Assembly (NCBI RefSeq): GCF_006345805.1
Contig: NC_043008.1
Span: forward strand, 51,336,001 to 51,400,000
Reading direction: 5' to 3'
DNA from: Octopus sinensis
Taxonomy: Eukaryota
Length of the DNA stretch: 64,000 nt
Shown in pieces: positions 52,245 through 64,000 of this stretch (its first letter is position 1; every line of letters starts with the position of its first letter). Under the pieces are notes generated by a model, which had not been told where the DNA came from, did no database searches, and saw nothing but the letters and a program-made list of their open reading frames with translations. The position numbers and the translations under genes were made by a program.

Positions 52245-53049
52245 TGTAACTGCCTCTCCTGCCAATCTCACTTTATCTGCCTTTCTTTAACCTCACTACC
52301 AGAACATTACACTCTGCTAAATATTGAATCCTAAACATCTCTCTTTCCCTTTCCCTTTCCCACCCCACCATACAACACGTCATTAACCTTTTTCTCCCCT
52401 TCTTTTCTCTCACTATCTTTTTCTCTCGTTCTTCGCCTCCCCTTCAACTAGCCACGTCGCATTTGGCTTTATTATACCTCTCTTTCTACTTCTTCCTCAC
52501 TTCTTTCCTCTCTACTCACACTTCTCACCTCTCACTCTCTCTCTCTCTCTCTCACACACTTTTACTCCACCTCTCTGGCTAACTAAAGTATAACAGACGA
52601 ACGAACAAGGAGATTATTATACATTGTAAATTATTGTATGGTGGACGAGACTAAAGGGGCTAAAGACAAACACTTTTCTCTTTGGTCAATCCTTGATCAA
52701 ATAAAAGCAGAGAGGAAAGAGTTGCTTTCTCGCCAGTTTGAAAGGTGGATGAGAGTGGGGAGAACCATGCGAGTGAACGAGCCTGCCCTGAGCATACGTC
52801 AGTAATTAGAGAAAAGGCACCTGCCCCCAGAAGTTAGGACTGCCATGGTTTTATGTTCTTGTTTCCCATGAGCAGCCCTCGAACGTCTCCTCCCTATTGA
52901 GAATTATACATCGTTGTTTATTTTCCAGTATGTTAAACCTGTTTACGCGCAAAAAACCCTCACAACAACACAGATTCACACACATTCTTTGTTTTGTTTT
53001 GTACTGTCCATAATGTAAACACTTTGTGGTCAATAAAGAAATCCTCCTC

Positions 53050-53160
<111 letters not shown>

Positions 53161-53171
53161 GGTTGTTGTTG

Positions 53172-53215
<44 letters not shown>

Positions 53216-53217
<2 letters not shown>

Positions 53218-53640
53218 GGCGGTGAGCTGGCAGAACTGTTAGCATGCCGGGCGAAATGTCTTGCAGCATTTCGTCTGTCTTTACGTTTTGAGTTCAAATT
53301 CCACAGAGGTCGATTCTGCCTTTCATTCTTTCAGGGTCGATAACTTAAATACCAGTGAAAGACTGGAGTCAATGTAATCGACTTAATCCTCTCTCCCAAA
53401 ATTCCAGGCCTTGTGCCTTTAGTAGTAAAGTTTATTATTATTATTATTAAGGCAGCGAGCTGGCATAATAGCTAGCGTGCCGGGCAAAATGCTTAGCGGC
53501 ATTTCGTCTATCTTTTCATTCTGAGTGCAAATTCTGCTGAGGTTGACTTGCTTTTCATTCTTTCGGGGTCTATAAAACAAGTACCAGTTGAATACTGGGG
53601 TTGATGTAATCGACTTCCCCCACCCCCTTTTGCCAATGAT
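53216..53640 (+). mobile_element. Two SINE family B copies between (TTA)n tracts
   Basis: taaggc(g/a)g(t/c)gagctggca heads near 53215 and 53447. Confidence 0.85.
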
Positions 53641-53660
53641 GGAAAGGATTATTATCATCA

Positions 53661-53706
<46 letters not shown>

Positions 53707-53760
53707 CATCATCATTATTATTGTTGTTGATGTTGTTGTTGTTATTATTATTATTATTAT

Positions 53761-54090
<330 letters not shown>

Positions 54091-54256
54091 TATATGTTGG
54101 TGATGATGAAGAAAATGGTATGGAATCTGCGATGGTTTATTTTTAGGGCCAATTTTTTTACTCAACTTTAGTATGAAGGAAACGAATAAGAAATGAATAT
54201 GTTAGCAAGATAGGATAACAGCCATGGATATCAAAGGTAAGATTCTCCAGGATTGT

Positions 54257-54672
54257 AAGGCGGTGAGCTGGCAGAAACTTTTAGCACGTCGGGCGAAATG
54301 CTAAGCGGTATTTCGTCCGCCGTTACGTTCTGAGTTCAAAATCCGCCAAGGTCGACTTTGCCTTTCATCCTCTCGGGGTCGATAAATTAAGTACCAGTTA
54401 CGCACTAGGGTCGATGTAATCGACTTAATCCGTTTGTCTGTCCTTGTTTGTCCTCTCTGTGTTTAACCCCTTGTGGGTAGTAAAGGACTAGGTATTTCGT
54501 CTGCCGTTACATTCTGAGTTCAAATTCCGCCGAGGTTGACTTTGCCTTTCATCCCTTCGGGGTCGATAAATTTAGTACCAGTTACGCACTGGGGTCGATG
54601 TAATCGACTTAATCCCTTTGTCTGTCCTTGTTTGTCCTCTCTATATTTAGCCCCTTGTGTGCAATAAAGAAA
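54257..54672 (+). mobile_element. SINE family B dimer
   Basis: Full unit plus a unit starting ggtatttcgtctgcc; taagattctcca at 54238-54249 and 54673-54684. Confidence 0.88.
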
Positions 54673-55020
54673 TAAGATTCTCCAAATATTGGCTTCAAAT
54701 TTTGGCAGAAGACCAACAATTTCAGGGGAGGAGGGTAAGTCGATTATATCAACTCCAGTGCTCAACTGCTACTTATTTGATCGATTCCGAAAGGATGAAA
54801 AGCAAAGTTCACCCGGCGGAATGTGAACTCAGAACGTAAAGATGGATAAAATGCCGCTAAGCAGTTTGCCAGCTCACCGCCTTAAAGATTCTTAAAATAT
54901 TGATTTCAAATTTTGGCACAAGGTCAGCTATTTCGAAGAACCCCAGTGCTCGACCCCAGTGCTCAACTAGTTCTTATTTTATCGACCCTGAAAGGATGAA
55001 CGGCAAAGACGACCTCGACG

Positions 55021-56417
55021 AATGGTTCGAAAATGGCAAGTACGATAAACTCAGTCAACAAGTGAACGAGAGAAATGCAAAGAAACGCAAGTGTAGATCA
55101 AGTCGGCAACCGCCATTTTCTGAACTGGAAGGCGCCATCTGTGAATGGGTTGCTGACAGGAGAGCAAAGGCTTTGGTTTTTCGCAGGACTGATATTCACG
55201 TATTTGCCTTTGCAACTGCATCACAGTTTGGTATATTTCCAGAAGAATTCAAATCCATCACAACAGTGGCTGGATGGTTTTCTTCAGCGCCATGGACTTT
55301 CTCTGAGAAGGCCGACAATACTGTTCAAACTGGAAGATACCGTAATTATCAAATGTGCACTTGCATTTAAGTCCTTTCTTGATGGGATAGACTTTTCTAA
55401 ATACCATCTCTCCAACATGATTGCTATGGATGACACTGCAGTGTTCATGGGCCAAGGATTTCAATCAACAATTGATCAAAGGGGTGCGTCGTCAATCTAC
55501 ATTCCTTCCACTGGTTACGAAAGCGCACGAGTTAGGTGTATTTTGGCAATTCGTCTCGATGGAAGTAAAGCCCCCACCTCTAATCATTACTAAAGGCAGA
55601 GAGGATAAAATTGAATACGTTTCAGGCATCTGTGTTCAGAAAAATGAAATGACATGGTGCACACATGTAGGCAGTTTTAAGGAAGTGGATCGATTTCATG
55701 CTGCCACTTATTTTGCGAGGAGGCCAAAGAGGTTTGGTAGTCTGGGATTCAGCCAGCACGCACCTTGCAAAAGACATGAAGAACTTCTTCGTGTCTTCAT
55801 GAAAGAAGAATAGATTGAATCATGATGCCAGCAAGAATGACTGCCTATCTCCAGTCTCTTGACATTGCAATAAATAAACCATTCAAGGACCATTTACGCA
55901 TGGAAATCAATGACTTCATTGAAGAGAGATTCGTGAGAAATCAGCATGGAAATTTTATGAAACCCAGCCTGCGAGAGATCGTAACTTGGGTGACGAATTC
56001 ATGGAACAAAATCACAGACAGCTATGTTGCCAATGGACTACGAGCAGGCTACCTGGACAAGAACTTCTCATTCAACAAGACTTCCATTGCTCAGCATGAG
56101 AGATTGGGGACAAAAGTTGTGCAGGAAATGGAGCCACACGAATACTCCGCAGGAATTTTGGAATCCGGTGATTTGCAGAACAATGACATTTCAGAGACGA
56201 TGACATTACTGTTTTTAAATAATTGGTTGTTAATTAGTTTCTAAGTAAAAGAACATGTAAATCGTAAAGTAAACGTAGGTCATTTTCCCTAATTTCTGTT
56301 AGTAATTTCGTAATTTACTGTTTTGTAATGTCATTTTTGGGTACGTGAAAAAATACGAACTCCCCTGAAAATAAGCCCTAGTGCGTCATTTCGGAGTGAA
56401 AATTCGGGGAAATACGG
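55021..56417 (+). pseudogene. pogo-like (Tc1/mariner superfamily) transposase pseudogene, 5'-truncated
   Basis: CENP-B-type HTH (FSELEGAICEWV...WLDGFLQRHGLSLRRPT) and DDE_1 motifs MDDT, VWDSASTH, YLQSLDIAINKPFK across 4 frameshifted ORFs; right end cggggaaatacgg resembles a pogo terminal repeat. Confidence 0.9.
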
Positions 56418-58676
56418 AATTAAGAGTTTCTATACCTATTTTTGTCCAACCCCATTCACACAACACACACACACACCACACACACACACACTGTGTATTT
56501 ACAAAGAATCTTCGTCAACGTAAAGTAATAGTCATGTATTAAGAGTGTTCACGTTTACCATTAAAACTCCGGCTTGAACTGCAACTGAAAACTGTGCTGT
56601 TGAAATTGCCTTTCAAAGGTGGCTAGAAGTGGTTCATCATTGAGCAGGTAGATAATCATTAAGACAGATAATCGTTTCTACTCAAGGTACAAGGCCCATA
56701 AGTTTGGGGGAGGGGGCTATATGCTTAGATCAAATGGTACATAATTTATCGACCCCGAAGGGATGAAAGGCACAGTCGATCTCGACGGAATTTGAACTCA
56801 GAATGTAAAGACAGACGAAATACATTAAGACAGATAATGAACAAGCAAAGCATTTGGCATCACTCAAGAACATTTAATTTTAAATTATAATATAAAAATA
56901 GTACAAAGTAGTTATGATGAATTTTTATAACTACTTTGCAGTATGTTTATGGTATAAATTAAATGTTCAAGAATGATGCAAAATGTTTAGTTTATTCGTT
57001 ATCTGTTTTAATGTGTGTGTGTGTGTATATATATTGAGTTGTCAGTTAAATTGGTTCGTTTTCTCCCCATTTTAATTCTTACCAATGTAATTTGAATTAA
57101 CACGAAAATAGTTTTATAATAGTGTTTTATTATTTTCGTTGTTCGTTGTCGTTCTATTCTCTGTCTTCAACGTTTGTTTATCATTTTGAAATTTGAATAC
57201 ATTTTCCCCTTTGTCAGACATAATGACAAAGTGAGTAGCATAGAAAAAAAAAAGAAAACGAAAAAATTTATCTGACAACCCTATAAATACCTGATGAGCT
57301 TAGATTAAGTCTTCACGGTTTCGATTTCTCACTGAAAACTATTGATTATATTTACATTTAATGTTTGTTCTTCATTTTTAATTGTTTAGTTGAGAAGGTA
57401 AAGAAAGGGCACATGCGCCTCTGAAGGGACCCAGAGATAAGCGGAAATTACCTTCAGATCGAAGACCAAGACCGAAAATTTATAACGGAGTTGGCCCCGC
57501 CGAAAGCACTCAAGAACAAAGTATTTTCTCTCTCTCGAACGGACTATGGCAAACGTATTCAGGGAGAATGTTTTGGTCTTAAACTGTACGATGGAGTGAA
57601 TGTACTCGCCAAATATACTCAAGTGTTTACCCTTACCAAATTCAACGCTAAAAGTATCTATTGAACAAGTACTAAACTAAGTGACAGAGTAAATGTACCC
57701 CCACTACCAAATCTCCTACGCTAAAGCCACTCAGGACCGATTGTTGGTGTTATTCCTGGCAACAGATTAAGTTTATATTTCCACCCGTGAGAAATGGACT
57801 AGGCCAAACGCATCCAAGTGTTGGTGTTTAAATAAGCGATTGATTAATTTTATCATCGAAGAGGATCACCGAAAAGTCAATTGTTGGCTTTAAAACAAAG
57901 TAAATGCACCCCCTATCAAATGAACTACACCAATGGTACCCTTATGAAACAGATTACGTCCAAAGACATCAAGAGGTCAATTATCGGTGTTGAACAGGGC
58001 AACAACTGAGTTTATCACACCCTTCCGCCCCCGAATAGATTACACCAAAGGGAACCAAGAACCAAGTGTTGGGTTTAAGATGGGTGACGAAATAAATATA
58101 CTCTCTAGCAAAGCGACTAGGCCGAAGGGTGAACGGAGAAAAGTTTACTCCTTACGATACGGGCCACTACTACTACTACTTCTACTGCTGCTGCTGTTGC
58201 TACTGCTGTTGTTGCTACTACTGATAGTAGCGGCAGTAGTTGTAGTAGCAGCAGCAGTGGAAGTGGTAGTAGTAGTAGTTCTAGTAGTAACAGCAGCAGT
58301 AGTACTGGTCGTGTTCGCTATGGCAGCCGGTCTGTCTCTATTGGATTTTCAAATTTCCGAGACAATATGTCGGTCGCAGTTCCTGATAGAAGTGTCTCGC
58401 CGTCTATTTTCCTCTTTTCTTTTAGCGACTGGTCAAGATTCGAACTCATGATGAACAGAGACGGAATAAATATCACAAGGCATCCCATCGGAAGCTCAAA
58501 TGATTCTACCAAATTACCGCTTTCGGCAAGTACAATTTTTTTCCTTATTTATCGAACTGAAAGACAAAGTTGGCCTCGGTAGGATTCGAACCCACAGCAT
58601 AATGAGTCGGTACTTATAATGCGAGATATTCTTTTGAACATTCTTACCACTTCAACACTTTGCTGAGCTATATGGA

Positions 58677-59055
58677 AACCAAATCCCATGGCTGTGTGGT
58701 AAGAAGCTCACATTGCAAACACATGGTTTCAGGTTCAGTTCCACTGCGGTGATACTTTAGATAAGTATCGTATCTTCTACTGTAGGCTCGGGTCGAGCAA
58801 AGCCTTGTCAATGGATTTGGTTGATAGAAACTGAAAGAAGCCCAACATCTCTCCCTCTCTCTCTCTCTCTATATATATATAAATATATGTTATGCGTGTG
58901 TGTGCTTTTGTGTTGGTTTCCCATCACTGTTAGGCAATCAAAAGAGATCGATAGGACAAGAACAAGGTTTAAAAATAAGAACTAGGTACTGGAATCGATT
59001 TGTTTAAGTCTGTATCCCAGCATGTTCGCAGGATAATGACTGAAACACAGAAAAG
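58677..59055 (+). mobile_element. SINE family A, diverged
   Basis: tggctgtgtggtaagaagc...ggttcagttccactgc head. Confidence 0.8.
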
Positions 59056-59193
59056 AAAATACAAGAAACACTGATTAAAGGATCAAATCTCGCATAGACT
59101 GATTTCTCAGCGCTCATACTGCTGTAGACCAAGTGGCAGTTGTTGTTGTTGTTATTGTGATGTTGTTATTGTCATTGTGATGTTGTTTTAGGT

Positions 59194-59404
59194 TACTCTT
59201 TTGCTTGTTTCAGTCATTTGACTGCGGCCATGCTGGAGCACCGCCTTTAGTCGAGCAACTCGACCCCGGGACTTATTCTTTTGTAAGCCCAGTACTTATT
59301 CTATCGGTCTCTTTTGCCGAACCGCTAAGTAACGGGGACATAAACACACCACCATCGGTTGTCAAGTAATGCTAAAGACACACACACAAACACACACATC
59401 ATAC

Positions 59405-59477
<73 letters not shown>

Positions 59478-59640
59478 CGACGGGCTTCTTTCAGTTTCCG
59501 TCTACCAAATCCACTCACAAGGCTTTGGTCGGCCCGAAGATATAGTAGAAGACACCTGCCCAAGGTGCCACGCAGTGGGACTGAACCCGGAACCATGTGG
59601 TTGGTAAACAAGCTACTTACCACACAGCCACTCCTGCGCC
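59194..59640 (-). mobile_element. SINE family A, little diverged
   Basis: Near-identical to 27151-27539. Confidence 0.92.
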
Positions 59641-59887
59641 TAACCTCCAGCCACACCCGATCGATCTTACATATAATTCAAAGTGATCCAACAGTATCGA
59701 TAGCCTCTTTTATTTTCAAAGTTTGTCCTGTCTTTCAAAACGGTAGAACGTATGCGAGACTTCGTTGCTATTCCTTGCATTTTGTGTGCCCTTATCGCGA
59801 GTTCCGTCGTTTACGCATCAAATATAGGTCTGCTTTCTAGTAAGTGCTGTAACTCTTCATGGCGTTTATTAATAATTAGGTGCTATT

Positions 59888-60660
59888 AAGGCGGCGATCT
59901 GGCAGAATCGTTAGCACGCCGGGCGAAATGCGTAGCCGTATTTCGTCTGCCGTTACGTTGTGAGTTCAAATTCCGCCGAGGTCGACTTTGCCTTTGATCC
60001 TTTCGGGGTCGATTAAATGAGTACCAGTTACGCACTGGGGTCGATGTAATCGACTTAATGCCTTTACCTGTCCTAGTTTGTCCCCTCTATGCTTAGCCCC
60101 CCTGTGCACAATAAAGAAATTACAAACGTTAGCATGCTGGGCGAAATACTTAACGGTATTTCGTCTGCCGCTACGTTCTGAGTTCAAATTCTGCTGAGGT
60201 CGACTTTGCCTTTCATCCTCTCGGAGTCGATTAAATAAGTACCAGTTACGCACTGGGGTCGATATAATCGACTTAATCCGTTTGTCTGTCCTTGTTTGTC
60301 TTCTCTGTGTTTAGCCCCTTGTGGGTAGTAAAGAAATAGGTATTTCGTCTGCTACTACGTTCTGAGTTCAAATTCCGCCGAGGTTGACTTTGCCTTTCAT
60401 CCTTTCGGAGTCGATAAATTAAGTACCAGTTACGTACTGGAATCGAGCTAATCGACTGACCTCCTCCCCTCAAATTTCGGTCCTTGTGCCAAGAGTAGAA
60501 AAGAATCGTTACCGCGCCGGGCAAAATGCTTAGCGGCGTTTCATCTGTGTTTACGTTCTAGGTTCAAATGTCCCCAGTGTCGTCTTTACCTTTCATCCTT
60601 TTGGGGCCGATAAAATTGTTTTAATCAACTCAGTCCCACCCACGAAATTACTGGCTTTGA
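59888..60660 (+). mobile_element. SINE family B, tandem array of 4 units
   Basis: gagttcaaatt..gc.gagg at about 59963, 60180 and 60364; fourth degraded unit near 60560. Confidence 0.9.
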
Positions 60661-60936
60661 TCCAAAATTTTAAACAAATAATTAGGTACTATAGTGTCAC
60701 CAAACTGGAGAGCATGGTTTGATTCGGATGCCTATAGCCTTCTCTTTACACAGAGGAAAAACATGGCGGAGCGAAAATATGTCCGAGAAACGTCGTCACA
60801 TTAAATACAAATACTGTAGGTTCCTTTATATGCAAAATGACGAGTTGAAAATCGTCGGTTAACAGTGATTATGCTAATATTAGGCAGAAACTCCATATAG
60901 GTGTGCTTAAAAAATCTCAATTCAACAAAAAAGGAG

Positions 60937-60997
<61 letters not shown>

Positions 60998-61134
60998 TCT
61001 TGAATTTGTACAAAGGTGGAAAAAGAGAGTTTCAATACGGACAGTAAAATCTTGTAGTATAATTTGAGGATCTGAAACTTCGCTAATTGTACTTGCATCT
61101 CTGAGTTTCACGTTTGATATCTGCGAACGATTCT

Positions 61135-61440
61135 CGGCTTAGTGGTCAGAGTATTTGGCTCCCGATCGTAAGGTCGTTAGTTCGATCCCTGGCGGCGTGT
61201 TGTGTTCTTCAGCAAGACACTTTGCTTCAGTCCACGTGTTGCTCCAGTCCACTCAAATAGCAAAAATGTCACAAAAATAGCTACTTTGTCACATTCTGAG
61301 CCATGCTGAATCTCCATGAGAACTACGTTAAGGGTGCTTGTGTCTGTAGAATGCTCAGCCACTTGCATGTTAATTCCAGAAGCAGGCTGTTCCGTTTATC
61401 GGATCATCTGGAGCTCTCGTCATCTTATCCGACGGAACTC
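61135..61440 (+). mobile_element. SINE family C, diverged
   Basis: gttcgatccctggc B box; gagaactacgttaagggt...gcaggctgttccgtt. Confidence 0.8.
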
Positions 61441-61489
61441 CAGCTAGTGACTATTTTGAAGGTAGAAGAATTTTGGGTGGATGTAGAAC

Positions 61490-61660
61490 GTAATATCAAT
61501 GTCAAATGTGGTATAAATGTCAGAATAGAAAAATTAATGTCAAACGTGAAATAAATAATGTGAACGTGATATAAATGTCAAAAACGTGAAATAATCGTCA
61601 AATGTGATAGAAATATCAAGCGTAATTTAAATGTCAAAAGATGAAATAAATGTCCAGCAT
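61490..61660. repeat. Degenerate ~20-bp minisatellite (aaatgtcaaacgtgaaat)
   Basis: About 8 diverged units. Confidence 0.7.
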
Positions 61661-61820
61661 AATTACACACACACACACATGCATATATGAGTATTTATAT
61701 GTATATATCCGCATATATATATATCACTATAAATACGAGGGTAAAAATTATTAAATAATTTATTACCATGTCCGCATGTATAATAAAAGTCAATATGACG
61801 TGAAATATTTGTTTATCAGT

Positions 61821-62064
61821 GTATATAAATACACGAAGAGAAGACCATCGATAGGACTTCTTACATGCTAGAAAGGGCAGTCAAAACCGAAACCACGAAA
61901 AGAATTCCTAAGGCACGTTGCATGTGGGCACTAGAATGAACAAAAATTCACTGAATTTTTGTTCATTCTAGTGCCTTAGGAATTCTTTTCGTGGTTTCGG
62001 TTTTGACTGCCCTTTCTAGCATGTAAGAAGTCCTATCGATGGTCTTCACTTCGTGTATTTATAC
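61821..62064. repeat. ~240-bp palindrome with a 1-nt loop
   Basis: Centre aaaaattca-c-tgaattttt at 61951. Confidence 0.92.
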
Positions 62065-62195
62065 ATTCTGTAAACACACATATACATACATACATACATA
62101 TATATATATATATAAAGGGGTTTGTATGATTGTGTATAGAGGGATATATATATATATATATGCGTATGTATGCATGTCTGTATGCATGTCTTCTT

Positions 62196-62271
<76 letters not shown>

Positions 62272-63965
62272 CCTGTCTGTCTGTCTACCTATTATTTCTT
62301 AGGTACCATGCGAGAAACATTCGGTCCTTGAATCACTTTAGTAACCTTTTGCTGATTTAAGAAATAAAGATATATAGTGATATATTGAATTCTAAATATG
62401 CATATATTACACACATACACAAACACACACACACACATATTTATATATTTATTTATACATATAATCTATATATTCGTATATACATATACATACACGTATA
62501 TTGAAACATGGCCGCGTTCAAGTTGTATCTCTTTTATTAAATTTCCCAGTAACTGGTTTTTTAAATTGGAACAATATATTTTCGAAGCCCATTAATGTTT
62601 GAAGATCTTCTCTGTCCCCCCTCCCCCACCACCATGTCAATGACATGATAGTAACAATGGCTTTATTTTTTGTCAGGGCGTTTTGCAGTAGGAAGCAAAT
62701 GCTCATGGTAATACTGTTATAACAATTAAAATCATCATCACTGGATTAGAATGTATCTAACAGTTACCTTTTAATTTATTTAACGGTTACCTCACAACTT
62801 TAAACTGCAGGACTTTTTATTGTATTTTGCTGTTAAGCTTTTACGATTAATCTCATATTTATATAACGATGACCATTGCTAATTCGGCTTTCTAAATGGT
62901 TGGAGCTACGGAGGCACACATTTCTTTGAGAGTATCCTTCTTGAGATGGTCCTTTGCGCCTAAAATATATAAAGGCTTTTCAACTTTCCTCTCTGCATTG
63001 TCAGAAGCTTTCCGCATTTCTCTTTTCGCTTATTGTTCTACTATGCAAGTGCTATCAACAAATGCTTTTCCTCTCTGCAATTGTTAGAAGCCTTCTTCAT
63101 TTCCTTTTTCATTTATCGTTCTACTATGCTTGTGCTATCAACAATTTTTTTTTCTTGTATTATGTACTTAAGCGTAATGTGCTTCAACGACTCTTTCTTC
63201 TTTGTTCACAGTCAACAAACTACGAAAGTGTTGTACATGTGAGTATATTGTAAGTTAACAACACTCATGCGCTGATGCTTACAACGAAACACGTATATTG
63301 TATTGGGTGTCTTAAATACATGTTTGTGGCTTGCAAGCATTTATGGCTTCCTTTTAATAACAAGCTTTCTTTCAATATCATGCTTTTGTAATTTTACATT
63401 ATATTAATGAGCTTGTAGTAAAATGTGTTACACGACGCGTTGTTTTACGAGATTTTATGACATATTTATGCATTATTCGACTTGATAGGAGTTCGTTGAT
63501 ATTATATGTATGGTTTGTGTATTTTTATTGGATGATGTTTTTCATATATCTATGTATTAACATACTGATATAGAATGTATGAAAGAAACTGAAAATTTCC
63601 AGAATGTAACTGTTAGTCAATCTTGAATCTGGCAATGATGATTTTAAACAATTACAACATTATTCCTACGATACTTTGCTAACGACTGCAAAGCGCACCA
63701 TCACTATTTCACTACTACATTGGTTTCGTTCAAAAGGATGAAGCTGAGAATCTCTTGGAACGGTCGTGAACTTAAACCCTGTTGGTAAAACTAAACTGCA
63801 AGAACTCATAGGGTAGAATTGAAAAAAGTTTTAATATAGCATGTTCAAAAGAAAAACATAAACCTCTATGTAGATAAATGTCTGGGTGTATATACGGGTG
63901 GCTGTGCGTTACATGTACATAATAAATGTATTGCATATGTATAAATGTACACAGATCTATCCGTA

Positions 63966-64000
<35 letters not shown>

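Noticed and set aside
60755-60840. Promoter (YY1-like aacatggcgg, octamer-like atgcaaaat)
   Set aside because: Isolated short motifs with no associated gene or TSS evidence
63272-63294. Hammerhead-like CTGATGC...GAAAC
   Set aside because: A9 missing and no stem II pairing

Overview
Eukaryotic, AT-rich, very microsatellite-dense DNA. The repeat content points to a cephalopod, most likely Octopus (inference from tRNA-derived SINE types and repeat load; no database search was run). Almost all ORFs in the supplied track are spurious translations of microsatellites. One minus-strand host gene is supported: a first coding exon with a signal peptide (15927-15837) and a phase-compatible exon (4709-4630); its product is unidentified and it probably continues beyond position 1. 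The rest is a dense set of mobile elements: four SINE families (called A-D here), fragments of Tx1/L1-clade, R4/Dong-like (restriction-like endonuclease, REL), RTE and Penelope-like retroelements, a pogo-like transposase pseudogene and MITEs. Most notable observations: (i) SINE B shares its last ~40 nt with a Tx1-clade LINE that sits in a (CTAT)n tract; (ii) a ~540-bp non-coding element occurs 4 times, each copy ending in a (TAA)n tract, near TAA-embedded R4/Dong fragments; (iii) two minimal Penelope-type hammerhead ribozyme motifs; (iv) several long near-zero-spacer palindromes. No CRISPR arrays, rRNA or bona fide tRNA genes were seen. Repeat boundaries were read by eye and are approximate (about +/-20 bp).
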